A stretch of DNA of 63,241 nucleotides, the filler included, from Reticulomyxa filosa (Eukaryota; Protista; Foraminifera), in assembly GCA_000512085.1 (NCBI GenBank). It is 21 parts of 21 records of this genome, joined end to end, with 100 filler letters (N's around TTAATTAATTAA, not from the genome) between each part and the next. Parts side by side here need not be neighbours in the genome. Positions count along the whole stretch, not along the records: positions 36,473 to 38,975 come from ASPP01001882.1; positions 39,076 to 41,111 come from ASPP01026711.1; positions 41,212 to 43,577 come from ASPP01036242.1; positions 43,678 to 50,237 come from ASPP01023449.1; positions 50,338 to 51,859 come from ASPP01040067.1; 16 more parts are not named here. One strand, 5' to 3'. The notes under the pieces are model-generated. The model saw only the letters and a list, made by a program, of their open reading frames with translations. It was not told where the DNA came from and did not search any database. Below are positions 38,492 to 50,378 of this stretch, in pieces (position 1 is the stretch's first letter; each line of letters opens with the position of its first letter). The position numbers and the translations under genes were made by a program.

Positions 38492-38975
38492 ATGCTAGCC
38501 TTGAATGTGGAAAGAGAGGAGAGAAAGTTGGAAAATGGAAAAGAAACATTTTCCAGTTCTGGTTGTTATAACAAAGATTGGATTTTGTTAACTAACAACA
38601 AACAGAAATTGAACCATTTAATCTGTTGCATTTGTAATCAAATTGCAAACAACGCAGTGGAATTGCAATGTGATGAGCATGAAAATGAAGAACAAGTATA
38701 TTTAGTAGGAGAAGAGTGTTTGCAAATGTACTTGAAACAAAGCAATGGCAAATGTCCAATTCAACAACACGATCATTGCGAATTTGTGAAGAATAAATCT
38801 TTGACACAACAAGTTTCAGATTTATTGGTAATATGTCCTCGACAATACGATTTGAAAAAGAACCAACCAAAAGAAGAACATGAAAATGAATGCAATTATA
38901 AAGGAAAAATATGTGAAATGAAAGATCATTCGGACAATTCATGTCGATTGATATCAATTCAACAAATTATTTCAT
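38492..38975 (+). CDS. Degenerate RING + TRAF-type zinc-finger protein, 3'-partial
   Basis: LICCICNQI..ELQCDEH..GEECL..KCPIQQH..LLVICP..CNYKGKI.EMKDH..SC. Confidence 0.7.
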
Positions 38976-39076
38976 NNNNNNNNNNNNNNNNNNNNNNNNN
39001 NNNNNNNNNNNNNNNNNNNTTAATTAATTAANNNNNNNNNNNNNNNNNNNNNNNNNNNNNNNNNNNNNNNNNNNNC

Positions 39077-39301
39077 GTCTTTAGTAAACGCATTGCCCAG
39101 AAGTATGATATTATGTACTACCAGCGAGCATTTGTGCACTGGTACGTAGGAGAAGGAATGGAAGAAGGAGAATTTGCTGAAGCCCGTGAAGATTTAGGCT
39201 TTTTGGAAAAAGACTACTTAGATGTCTTAAGTGAGCAACCAACTGACGATGTTGGAGGTGATAACGATAATGCTGGCGATGACGCAGGTGACAATAATTA
39301 A
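39077..39301 (+). CDS. TUBA: Alpha-tubulin C-terminus (divergent type), 5'-partial
   Basis: [38 protein letters not shown]. Confidence 0.95.
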   Translation, partial: VFSKRIAQKYDIMYYQRAFVHWYVGEGMEEGEFAEAREDLGFLEKDYLDVLSEQPTDDVGGDNDNAGDDAGDNN

Positions 39302-40029
39302 TGATTTGTAAAGATTTTTTTTTTTTTTCAAGCTCTTGGTTTCTTTTTGAATTGAATTGATTGAAATTTTGGATGGAATGAATCTCTTTTATTTCGCAAA
39401 AATGTTCGCAAAGTCATTTTCTGAAATTCTTTTGCCAAAAAAGATTTTTGAATGCATCAAGAAAACAACTTTGCTCAATAAACTTTTTTTCTCAGTCATT
39501 GAAAATTTATCAATGGAGCAAAAGTGAAGAAAAATTAATTTACTTGAGATACTAAGAACAAAACCAACATATGATGACATTTCAAAGAGTCACTTGATAA
39601 ATTGTCAAATTATCCAAAGTGAGAAAAAAGACGTTTTGTTATTGCAAAAAAAAAAGTGTTATATTGAGAATGACAGAGATTGTTAGCCAAAATATTTAAA
39701 TAAAAAATCCTTTTATACGCTCTCTTTAAGGGGGAAAAAGGCCTTTTTTTTGTTTTTTTCAAAAAAACCGTAAAAAAAAAATATTAAAACCTCAAACAAA
39801 AAAGATGCAAATAAAACTAATGAAGCAGGAACGCTCATTTTTTTTATTACAAAAAAAGCACTGGGAGAGGCTAAAATGATTGAAGAAAAAGCCAAAAGAA
39901 TGAAGAAAGAAGGGGGAAATTCTTAAAAAAAACAAACAAAAAATAAAGTTTGACAAACAATTATGTTTCTTGATTAGGTCATGCTTTTTATTCATCATTT
40001 TCTTTTTGTCTCTAAAAAAAAAATTGATA

Positions 40030-40634
40030 CCCACTTGAGGATTGCATTCCAAAATAAGCTCAGTCAATTCATTGTGGAACTCTTCAACTTTGGTGACCAT
40101 ATTAAACACCTTGATGATAATAGCCTGAAAAATTGTAGCGACATGTATTGACTTAGCAGACGAGCAATACATCAATGGAACATGCAAATTTGCGAGCTTG
40201 AGTCGTCAGTTGCTGTTTGTACATATCTGGAGGTCCGTCAAACAAATCATATTTCGTTCCGATTAGGAATGGCATAAACACCTTTTTTTTTTTTTAAAAA
40301 AAAAAGTTTGTAAATACGTATCATTACTCTTTTTTTTTTTTTTGAGAGGGATTTTTCCATCTGTCCCCCCTCCTTTTTTTTTTCTTAAAAAAAGGATGAA
40401 ATAAAACATACTTTATTTTCTTTCCTCGCTTCTTTGTGCCATATGTCTTTACAGAATGTAAAGATTGCTTTGCTGTCAAATCAAAGGCAAACAGCACTAC
40501 TCTGGCTTCACTGCACACCAATGGCATTAATATACTCAAGTCTTCTTGACCACCTAAATCCCATATCGATATATATCTACACCCACGTTTTTTAGATGGA
40601 TTGTCTTTTTCCATAAAGTTCACTCTCTGTTGCA

Positions 40635-40667
<33 letters not shown>

Positions 40668-40820
40668 CTCGTTTCAATTTATGTTTTTTAAATCTACTTA
40701 CCAGAGCTTCTATGTAATCTTCGTCGTATCGATCCTCAATATAACTTCGCCATCAATGTTGTCTTTCCTATTTGTGGATCTCCCCTAAGAGACCCACTTT
40801 GATTACCACTTTATTTGGCG
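40030..40820 (-). pseudogene. TEM1: Tem1/Spg1 septum-promoting GTPase, frameshifted copy with introns
   Basis: IKVGLL/GDPQIGKTTLMAK/YIEDRYDEDYIEAL, intron, VNFMEK..SIWDLGGQ..MPLVCSEARVVLFAFDLT, intron, PFLIGTKYDLF..QARKF..CSSAKSIHV..IFQ..KVF. Several frameshifts. Confidence 0.85.
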
Positions 40821-40854
40821 TCTTCTTGTTCTTGTTCTTGTTCTGGGACAACGC

Positions 40855-41075
40855 CAACAAAAGATCGCACAAGAGCCTGCTGTCGAGCACTTCTTTGATG
40901 GGACGCTTGATCTTGCGCAGGTAGTCCATGGATTTGAGTTCGGAGGAGGGGGGAGGAGGAACAGACCCCCGTGCATACAAATAATTTTGTCATTGATGAT
41001 TGCCCCCGCCATCGGCAAGTAGTTGAAGCATATAGTTCCTAGTGACTGCTTGTCGCGATCTACATAATCCCCTTT
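40855..41075 (-). pseudogene. PPP1C: Protein phosphatase 1 catalytic subunit fragment
   Basis: GDYVDRDKQSLGTICFNYLPMAGAIINDKIICMHGGL, frameshift, SELKSMDYLRKIKRP..LLCDLL. The RGNHE block is absent. Confidence 0.85.
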
Positions 41076-41299
41076 TTTTTTTTTTTTGTACGTATACATT
41101 GGAGATGTCATNNNNNNNNNNNNNNNNNNNNNNNNNNNNNNNNNNNNNNNNNNNNTTAATTAATTAANNNNNNNNNNNNNNNNNNNNNNNNNNNNNNNNN
41201 NNNNNNNNNNNATCCAAGCTGCATCTTTTCACTAATGTCACCAAAAGTATTATTTATCTACGACCTTTCATTACGATATGGAGGCTGCCAAATAATGAT

Positions 41300-43577
41300 G
41301 ATATTTCTTCAAAAAAGGAATGCATCTTCAGCTTGTTGCAACTTCGTTTCTATTGTTACACAAGCTTCCAATATTCAAGATAATGTTTCAATGTCTTTTG
41401 GTTTCCAACTAGTGATTTCCTTTTTCGTTTGTTAAAGCATTTGATGATCAAGAGCCATTTATTTCTGCAGAAATAAGCGTTCTACATTTTGGATATGTTC
41501 GATAAGGCAGCAATATTCGATTTAACATTTTTGTACACGTTCTTTGTCTTTACTTGTGGCTTCATCGTTTAGCTTACCATTATCTCCACTGTTTGTGGCC
41601 TCAGCATATTCTAGTTCTTGATGCTTTAGATAGAACACAACAAATTAATTTGAATTGCTAAGGACAACAATAATAAATATTTAACTTCAATGACTTTGAG
41701 AAAGTTTTACTTTTGGTCCATTTTAGTAGCACATGCATAGTCTTGATAAAGAGAGTGCTGCATCTCCAATAGATTTGTTGTGTCGATATCTTCATTCACA
41801 TTGTCTCTGTGTGAACATGGACACACACACCATGCTTCCCGTGATGTGTTCATACTTCTTTAATTGATACATTGTCATCGCTGTTTCACTTTCATACAAT
41901 CGATTGCCACTTGCCATATTGCTACTATCGATCTACATTTTTGCTTTTGTTCTTTTTTTTTTTTTTCTTCTCATCTTCCATTCAAATCTAAAGCAAAACA
42001 TTTCACATACCCACATTGTTTCGATGGAGATATATTACAACAACTAAAGATATGACACAAACAATATACAATAACACTGACCTTCATCCGTCACTTTTGA
42101 TTGATTTTCTTTATTTTCTTGTCATTGTCCATACTTTTTTTTGCTTCTGTTGTTCTGGATGTTGTATATGGACAACATAAGTCCATTCTCTGTTTGGGTT
42201 TAAATAATGGCAGGATTGCACACCACAAGGAAATGTTTCTGCGGAATATGCATCCACTCGAATATCTCCATCATTCCATATCACCATTGCAATCAACCCG
42301 GGGTAAACTTTGCAAATCAATCTGTACAATTTTGGACAGTGACGAGAAGACAAATTTACTACAAAACAATCCAATATTGAGATGACTTTTTCTTGGCACA
42401 CATTGCAATTTCGAGTATGTGTAACTGCATAGTTGCAATACATGCTGCTGTCGAGAGACATGGATTCACATTGCTTTATATCATCTTCAGTGTAACTAGC
42501 TCCCGATATACCAATTGCCAATTTGTTGAAAAAGTCAGATCCCCGATTCATTTGCTCGCCAGACGTCATCGCACGTATTGTATCCAAAACATTTTTCCAA
42601 TGTTGCAACGACAACAACGAAATCGACGAATTGGAAATCGTATTGTAAAATACGTTGGGTTGATCGCGTTCAATACTTTTCACTACGCCATTCAAATCTT
42701 GCAGAGTTCAATGTTTGCGCAATCAAAGATATGTCACTTGTGGATACGTGATACTGGTGTGCTCTGGATAAATTGTTTTCAATTTCTAAACCTTTCACTT
42801 CGGTCCATATTCCATTTGGATAAAACCTTTTGGATTGCTTTGTTATGTCTTGTTGTCCAAATATACTGCCATAACGCATCACTTGCTTTTTCGAACAAAT
42901 CAACAATAACAGCGACTACCCCCGTTGCTCTTGTGGATAAATTCTACTCGATATGTAGGTTTTGTGAATTGTGTTGTTATAGCACACAGTCCCATCATTG
43001 GTTCGAGTGACCAGTCTGTGCGTATTGCATCGTGTTACGTGAGAAATAGTGGTCCATTGACTACCATTGTCGTCATTCTGGCCATATTTGCAATATAGCG
43101 TAACGATTATATTTTGGACTTCAACTTCCACATGTCCAATATCGCCATCTAAAGGAGATCTTTATATCATTACGTGGAGGATTGCTTAGTTGGGATACGT
43201 TTTGACATTGATTGATTGATTGCACGAGCCGGGCTGGCGTTCGATGATAGATAAGGACAAACTTTTGGACAATGTCGTAGATGTTTATGCTTTTAACACG
43301 TCTGTACGTGATAGAGCTGCAATTTGCATAGACGTTGGCGTCGGCAAAAAGGGGTGGAATGGAAATGGAACGGCAGTTAAATTAAGCCCACATGGCGAAA
43401 ATGCGCAAGTGGTTACATTGTACATTGCACTACGGCCATTCAATTCCATCGATCACGCACTTCTTTCCAATAATGTATTTGAAATACCTTCAGTACCCCG
43501 AATCGAATAAGATACCAATGTCTTTTCGAGAAGGATCAATTATTGTGATCAAGTTCTTCAACACGTGAAAGAATTAC
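41300..43577 (-). pseudogene. Decayed large gene, possibly ending in an RBR-like Cys-rich module
   Basis: Coding-like composition broken by many stops and shifts; CNVCQ..H..C..FPCGVQSC and later Cys clusters. Family assignment is weak. Confidence 0.3.
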
Positions 43578-43766
43578 NNNNNNNNNNNNNNNNNNNNNNN
43601 NNNNNNNNNNNNNNNNNNNNNTTAATTAATTAANNNNNNNNNNNNNNNNNNNNNNNNNNNNNNNNNNNNNNNNNNNNGGATGAAATCACAATTCTTTCAA
43701 ATAATTTTATCCAACAAAAAAAAAAGGTATTAAAAAACCAATTTCATATTTAAAAACTACAAGATT

Positions 43767-43887
43767 TGTAGATATTTTTTTTAAAATAAAAAAAAATTAG
43801 GTCTAAATGTTGATTTTTCATGGAGAAAATCAATTATCATCATAGGATATCGTTTTAGCCGTTCAGTTTTCTTTGCAACATACTGTA
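43767..43887. mobile_element. Repeat family B: Tc1/mariner-like TIR end, copy 2
   Basis: tgtagatattttt..attagg.ct.aatgttg.tttttcatg..aaaatcaat..cgtttt..ctttgcaacatactg|TA. Confidence 0.55.
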
Positions 43888-45128
43888 TGTCGAAACTATT
43901 GGTTGCTATCAATTGCTGATTTTGTGCCATGAGGTATTGTACATATTTAGATGCTTTTTATTTGCGATTGCGCCAACTTTGGTATATATTGGCTATGGCT
44001 TTTACTGTTTGTAGTCAATTTCCTATTGATTGCCATTTGTTCGTTTATAGATTTTGGGCTATTATTGTAATCATTTTACTCTAAATGGATTTCATATTAA
44101 CAATCTAGTATATCGTCAGCTGCTTTATGTTTGGATGATAAATTTTCTTGTGTTAATTTGCATATGCAAATATGTAATATATTTTGAATAGTTTAATAAA
44201 ATAGTACAAACATACAAATGTAATGAAAAAATGAAAAAAACTTGCATTAAATGATAAATTAGTCTGAAGTAAGCTTATGATTAAATTCAACCACAAAGAA
44301 CAAAAGTAATACAAAAATGTGAACTTTCGACTAAGATATTATAAATCTAAATCATAAACAGTAAGTCAATTTGTAAAAACAATATCAACTAACGACGAAG
44401 AAACACTTCAAAATATTATATCAACAATGTTGATTATTGGGACTATAGTGGAAATGACGCAATATTAGGACTAGTTAGTTCAAAATGTTTAATTTTTTAA
44501 TTTTGTTTGTCAATGTTAGTTTGTGTAAATCGCAAAAAACATATATTTTTAAATGACTTGAATACAAATCAATAAATATATAAATGACAAAAATAAATAT
44601 TATTATACGATACTTCAAAAGAAGATATATATTCAATTAAAATTTTCACAATATCATTATAATTGAAAATATGCAATAGAATGCAAAAGAAAGTTGACAA
44701 AAGTGCACATTAGAGATGATCAATTTTCTCGATGAAGAAACAATGCTTGAACAATTTTTTTCACTATAGTTTTTAATATAATTCTGATTTACTATGTAAT
44801 ATGTACTAATTGTTTTAAAAATTTGAATATTTTATTGATTTTTGTAAATTTTTGGGAAAGTTGATGTCGTGCATGTATCGGGTCATGAATTGCCAACTTT
44901 TTAAAAATTGTTTTCAGGACATCATTCAACATACAAAATATTTGACATTGTTACTATTTTCGCGAAAGATGCAACTCCTCTTCGAAGTTGCTGGTTATCG
45001 ATGATATCACAGGCATTCGCAAAAAAGACTCTTGTAAGTAGAGTCTTTTAACGGTCCCCTAGTTTTGATTCACATTTTTTTGCATTTGAAATAAATTTGA
45101 AAGGTTCACAGCGTTCTCCCAAAACGCA

Positions 45129-48100
45129 ATGTCTGTGCAAAATGTTAAAACTGTGTCTCCTTTCAGAAAAGTGATAAATACATTATATGAATTTGGGGCG
45201 CCTATTATAAGTGTGGTAGACGTAGTGACAGATATAATGGTGACCTTTCAGTTTTATCAAAATGGAAGAATGACATTTTTTTGGATTTCGTTGTGTATAT
45301 TGCTATTGGCGCAAGTATGTTATTCGATGTTGTTTACATTATTTTATGCAGATCATTGGTCGACGCGTTGGCGAATGGTGGCATTTGCATGTATATTTCC
45401 GCTTGGGCAATTTGTGCCACTGTTCATGTGGCTGGATTCCTTTAAGCTAAAATTTGTGTCGAAGATCTTAAAAAGCATGGGTCTGCAGTCCAATGCCTTT
45501 GACGAAAAGACATGTCCAGAAGATATGGACGAGCTACAATTTTGGTTGGAGCAAAAGCTTCGAAGCCAAGGAGGATTTATTATTGAATCGATAATTGAAG
45601 GAATTTAATTTTTATTTTATTTTTAACTTTGTCAGCAAAAAAAAAAATACGTAAAAAGTAGTATACGTACTAACACATGCTCTTAACGACCCAAGCTTTT
45701 TTTAAATATTGAATCAACAATAAAAACAAAACAAAACAGCTTTCCCGCAAAGCATAGCGCAAATGATAGCAATATTATTGGTGCAACAAGCAACCCCATT
45801 GAACGTGTTTTCGATATTGTTTAGCATGACATCAGTAGCGAGTAAGGCGTTGATATTTTCATACTCGATCAATCGCACGACGTTTCTGTTCAACTTTCTG
45901 TGCTTCACTACAGACGTGTTTGGCATCTTTTCCACGATTTCGTGGGTGTTTTTTCATCCTCACATTTCCAGCGGTGCAAAATTTCATTTTACAGTTTTAG
46001 GTGAGAAACACAACGTTTTGTGTGCATGTGTCATTAGATTTTGAAACTTTTTTTTTTTTGAACAGCGAGGACATTAAAAAAAAAAAAAGGGGGAAAAAAA
46101 AATTAGGTGAGGTGTGGCTTTGGAAAGTGTCAATATTGGCCGGAGGTATACTGGTGGCAGGTTTTATGCTGATGCTAGTGTCAATGCTAATGGGTTGCGC
46201 AAGTATGTGCAGACAGGGTGCGGGTAGACCATGTAACTGTGCGCGGATAAGGATGGATTTGCGTGACTGCCTGCACTGTCTTTGGGATATTGGTCGTGAG
46301 TGTGGACGTTGTTGCAAGAGTGCTTGGAGGGATGTTTGCACGTTGATATTCAATCCGAGAGAGCACAATCGCACCTACTGTGAAAACTTGTTTGACTGTT
46401 CGAAATGTCTGTGCATATCAATTGCTGGATTGATATACTTTAGTTTGATGTTGGCCTCGGCCTGCTTTCTGTTTTGTGTGTTCGTCATGGTCATTGAAAT
46501 CGCCAAGCTGTCGGTCATTCCACTATATTTCCATACCCTGGACCCGGGACATCGACATCACGTCCGTTTCTTCCGAGGGGTGTTTGAGTGGTTGGCGATG
46601 GCGCCCAATCGCATAGACTACAACCTGCGTCTGGCAGTTGTGAATCACTACGGAGCAAGCAAGTATATCGAGTCGATGGGCGCCAACTTGCAGTACAAGA
46701 AAAGCATTATCGACAGTCCTTACAGCAAGTTTCTGAAGTGGATCCTGCAAGCCAAGGTGGACTCTGCGCAGTTGGATATGGAGACGCAACGTCTGCAAGA
46801 AATTCAACAAATAATTCAGGAAATATATCAACAGCAACACCAGGCAGTCATGCTAATCCAACAAATGTACGCACTGCCACAGCAGCCGGGAATCGACTTG
46901 AATCACGAACGTACCGTGCTCCAAGGCGTGCAAAACGGATTCCAGCATCTCGTCCAATCAATCAACGAACTGCAACAGTATTCGTACAATCCATTCCGGA
47001 ACAGGATCATCTCAACCAGATGCGATCCACTTCTTTGACCATCTCAACCGCAGCAGGAGTATCGCATGCAAGTACAACAAGTCGAAGAACGAATTCGACA
47101 GTCCTACCCACAATTTGGACTACCGCAAAATCCAATTGTACTTCCAGCCAATGGGATGCATTTAAGAAACAATCTGAACTCTTTTATCAACGATGATGAC
47201 TATAATGACATCGCTAATGTTAATGTTAATGCTAATGTTAATGTTAATGTTAATGTTAATACTAATGTTAATGCTAATGTCAACGCAGAAGAACCTGCCG
47301 TTCAGAGTGTGAAGAATGAAAAACAAGTACGGTCAAATGACAATGGTTAGCTGCATATACACATACATATACATATATGTATACATATATCTTGTTTTCC
47401 TTGGCGTATCTATGTGCTGTGTGTAGTGGAGAGAAGACGTTGTAAGCTTGGACTTGTATGGGGTCTCCATTTTGATGACAACAGACAATAGCAATATCTC
47501 GGAAAAGAAGGTCGAAGAGAGAGATTTAGTCTTGGCCAACACCAATGCCATTACCAAAATCGAAAACGAGAAGAAAGAGGACCCTCTCATTCGGCAGACG
47601 AACATCATTCACAACTTTGTCGATTTTTTGCACAAGCGCCGCGACAACTCTGAGCCTGGTTACTCCATTGGGTACATGCACTTGTTTGCTGTACGTCCTA
47701 AAGACTTGAGGCATTTTGCTGATTTGTCGATGCGTTATATTATCAAAGAATACTTTAGTTACTTTTTTTTTGAAATGTATTGAAATTGAAATTTGAAAAT
47801 CAAAAGGAATGAATATAAAGATAGTTTTAACTCTTTTTTCCTCCTCCTCAATCTCCTCATAAAACACGATCAACAGCATCCATAAAGAATATCATCGATC
47901 GAGACATTCAACACAGTTGGCACAATGGAAACTACTGCGCACGCTTTTTCATAATTATCGTGTTGATAATATTTTTCATTGGGTGGTACATTGTGATCCC
48001 TTGCATTTTCTTATACTTGCTTGGCAGTTTGTGCTATCCTATCATATGCTTACTTATCACGCCTTGGCATGAAGTCCAATTGTTGCAACTCACGCTGACT

Positions 48101-48729
48101 GTTTGCTATTTTGGCATGTTCGTACTGCTCACCATTCTGTCGCCTCGCGTGTACAAGTTTCAACATGCCAATTATCATTCCATCGCTCCACGAAGATTTT
48201 ATTGGCAAGTGGCGGTTTGTCTATTTAATCTATCTCTATGTTTCTATGTCTCTTTGCTATTTGCTTTGTGTTGAAGATCTTGATATATCCCAGTCTCCTT
48301 TTTTGCTTGGTTTGGTTTTGTTGAAATTGGGTAATCCAATCTCTTTCTCGTAAGACACCCGACGGAGTCTTTAAAATCCGCAAACGCTATGTCAGTCTAA
48401 TTACAACTACACTTCGCGACAAAATGGTAAAACAATTTTTCGGAGATTTATCACATCTCGTTCTGGACTTTCTTCCGGAAATCCACGAGGTCGACGACGA
48501 TCGAGTTGAGTCCGACATATTCTTGCAGTATGAACCCAGCTTTGATGGACGTCTATTTGATTTGAAAGATATCCAAGTAAACGAAGATTTACTCCAAGAG
48601 TTAAGCACTTTGGGAGAGAACAATGTCCATGAGGGACAGACTGACAATGCTGTCATTAGTGTCAATACCTTGGCCGTCGATGACAACCCCAACAGAATCT
48701 TTGAGAACAAACAAAACAGCATTATTTAA
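45129..48729 (+). CDS. XK-related multi-pass membrane protein (six exons)
   Basis: DVVTDIMVTFQFYQNG..FFWISL and ESIIE|AFPQSIAQM (XK family). Introns 45601..45739, 46001..46106, 47327..47426, 47758..47876 and 48209..48354 are all phase-compatible. Apparent base-call errors at 46977..47051. Confidence 0.7.
47215..47285 (+). repeat. Coding hexamer microsatellite (AATGTT/AATGCT)n encoding NVNVNA
   Basis: Tandem aatgtt units with aatgct/aatact variants inside the XK-related gene. Confidence 0.9.
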
Positions 48730-49061
48730 TTCTTGTATGATTCCCACTTTTATTGCAGTCACAAAGATTTCATTCTTTTTGGAGGACAAATTGACTTTTT
48801 TTTTTTTGCTGTTGTAAGACTGCTTTTCTGGCAAAGGTTGATCATATCCCAAAAGCGGATTTTGAAAATAATATTACCATAAAAAATTAGGTTGTGTAAA
48901 AATACTGTTTTTGTCACTTCTTTTATTCCAAAGCATCTTTTGAAACAACACTTCATGTTTTTGAGCAAGCATTTGACAATTATATTTTCAACGAACCCAA
49001 AAAGGGCGTCATTTGAACCAAAATCTATACATAATAATATATATTTTTTTAAAAAAATTCG

Positions 49062-50237
49062 ATGGCATTAGAAATTCAAGCCTATCATTCCCAGCTCCCA
49101 ACAAGCAGCTCTGGTTTAAGCGGCCCTCTACAACTTATCTCTCCTCATTCACGTCAAAAGAAAGGAAGAGCAGAACTGGATAGTGACAGCGACAGTGAAA
49201 AAAATGCAATGGACGATTTCGCCTCTCCGAGAAGTGACAACAACGAAAGAGCAACAAAGCCAGAATTGAACCGGCAATCATCGAAAACACACGAATTGTT
49301 TCAGCAAAGCACAAGCAACGAAGTGAAAGATAGCACCGACGCAGGAGCAGGAACAGGAACAGGAGCATTGCCTCCAAAGTATTTTCGTCGAGAAAGTCGC
49401 CAGTTTCAAAAAAAGACCGGATTCACTCCAAAGAACACTCCAATCAATCCAGTGAATTCAGTGAACCTAGCGAATAACGGATCTCAAGGACACATCAAAT
49501 CATCTTCAACGGATTCCATTTTCAATCGAGCCGACCACGACAACTTCCAATCTGACGAGTCCAACACCAACCATCCCGTTCACCGAAAGCAATCAAGATC
49601 GCAGCAAGACATTGACTTTGCGCCTTATGGCTACGTGCCAATTCAGAATTCTATTTTTGAGTTTTCCAAAAAAAATTTTGAACAAATTTGTAGGGTCCCT
49701 TTTTTTATAAAAAAAACATGAATCAATACTTTAAAAAAAAAAATAAAGAACCACAAATCGAAAAACATGGATTCCTCCTCCTCCGAAAGACCCTCCCCCA
49801 GACTGGGCTTTGAATCGACAAAACCAGCTGAAGATAGCGGCGATGCAAGTGAAGAGTGAAACGACATCGCGTGCGGCGTACTATGGACGTGCGGACAACA
49901 CATCGAACGAGGTGGGATCTCCTCCGCCGCCCCCTCCTTCTTATCCCCCTCCTACCATCCACGTGGCCACGACGAAATCGGAAATCAAGCCGAAGAACAA
50001 GAAAGTGGCGAGTCAGCAGAAGGCCAAGCCCAAAGCCAAGGCGAGGAAGTCCAAACTTAGCAACGACATGACAGTGGCGGCGCCTACCAAGCCGTTACCA
50101 TTACCTCCGATGGCCAAAGACTCCAAAGCCTCGAAAGGCAAACTCGTCGAGACGGAGACGAAACTTCATCGCATTCATCCGCCCAATGCTAGTCGCAGCT
50201 CTGAAGCCACGCCTGTGTCCAACTCCAATCATCATCA
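49062..50237 (+). CDS. Low-complexity Ser/Pro-rich hypothetical protein, 3'-partial
   Basis: Two long coding-like ORFs separated by an AT-rich intron ending at 49748; WIPPPPKDPPPDW and PPPPPPSYPPP motifs. Confidence 0.55.
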
Positions 50238-50337
50238 NNNNNNNNNNNNNNNNNNNNNNNNNNNNNNNNNNNNNNNNNNNNTTAATTAATTAANNNNNNN
50301 NNNNNNNNNNNNNNNNNNNNNNNNNNNNNNNNNNNNN

Positions 50338-50378
50338 ATACCGTTTTAGGCGTTCAGTTTTCTTTGCAACCTACTGTA
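50338..50378. mobile_element. Repeat family B: Tc1/mariner-like TIR end, copy 3 (truncated by contig start)
   Basis: ccgttttaggcgttcagttttctttgcaacctactg|TA. Confidence 0.55.

Noticed and set aside
46977-47051. In-frame TGA (47036-47038) as selenocysteine or readthrough
   Set aside because: Adding one base at each of three short G/C runs gives a natural reading (QQVFVQSIPEQDHLNQMRSHFFDHLNRQQEYRM). This fits homopolymer under-calls better than recoding.
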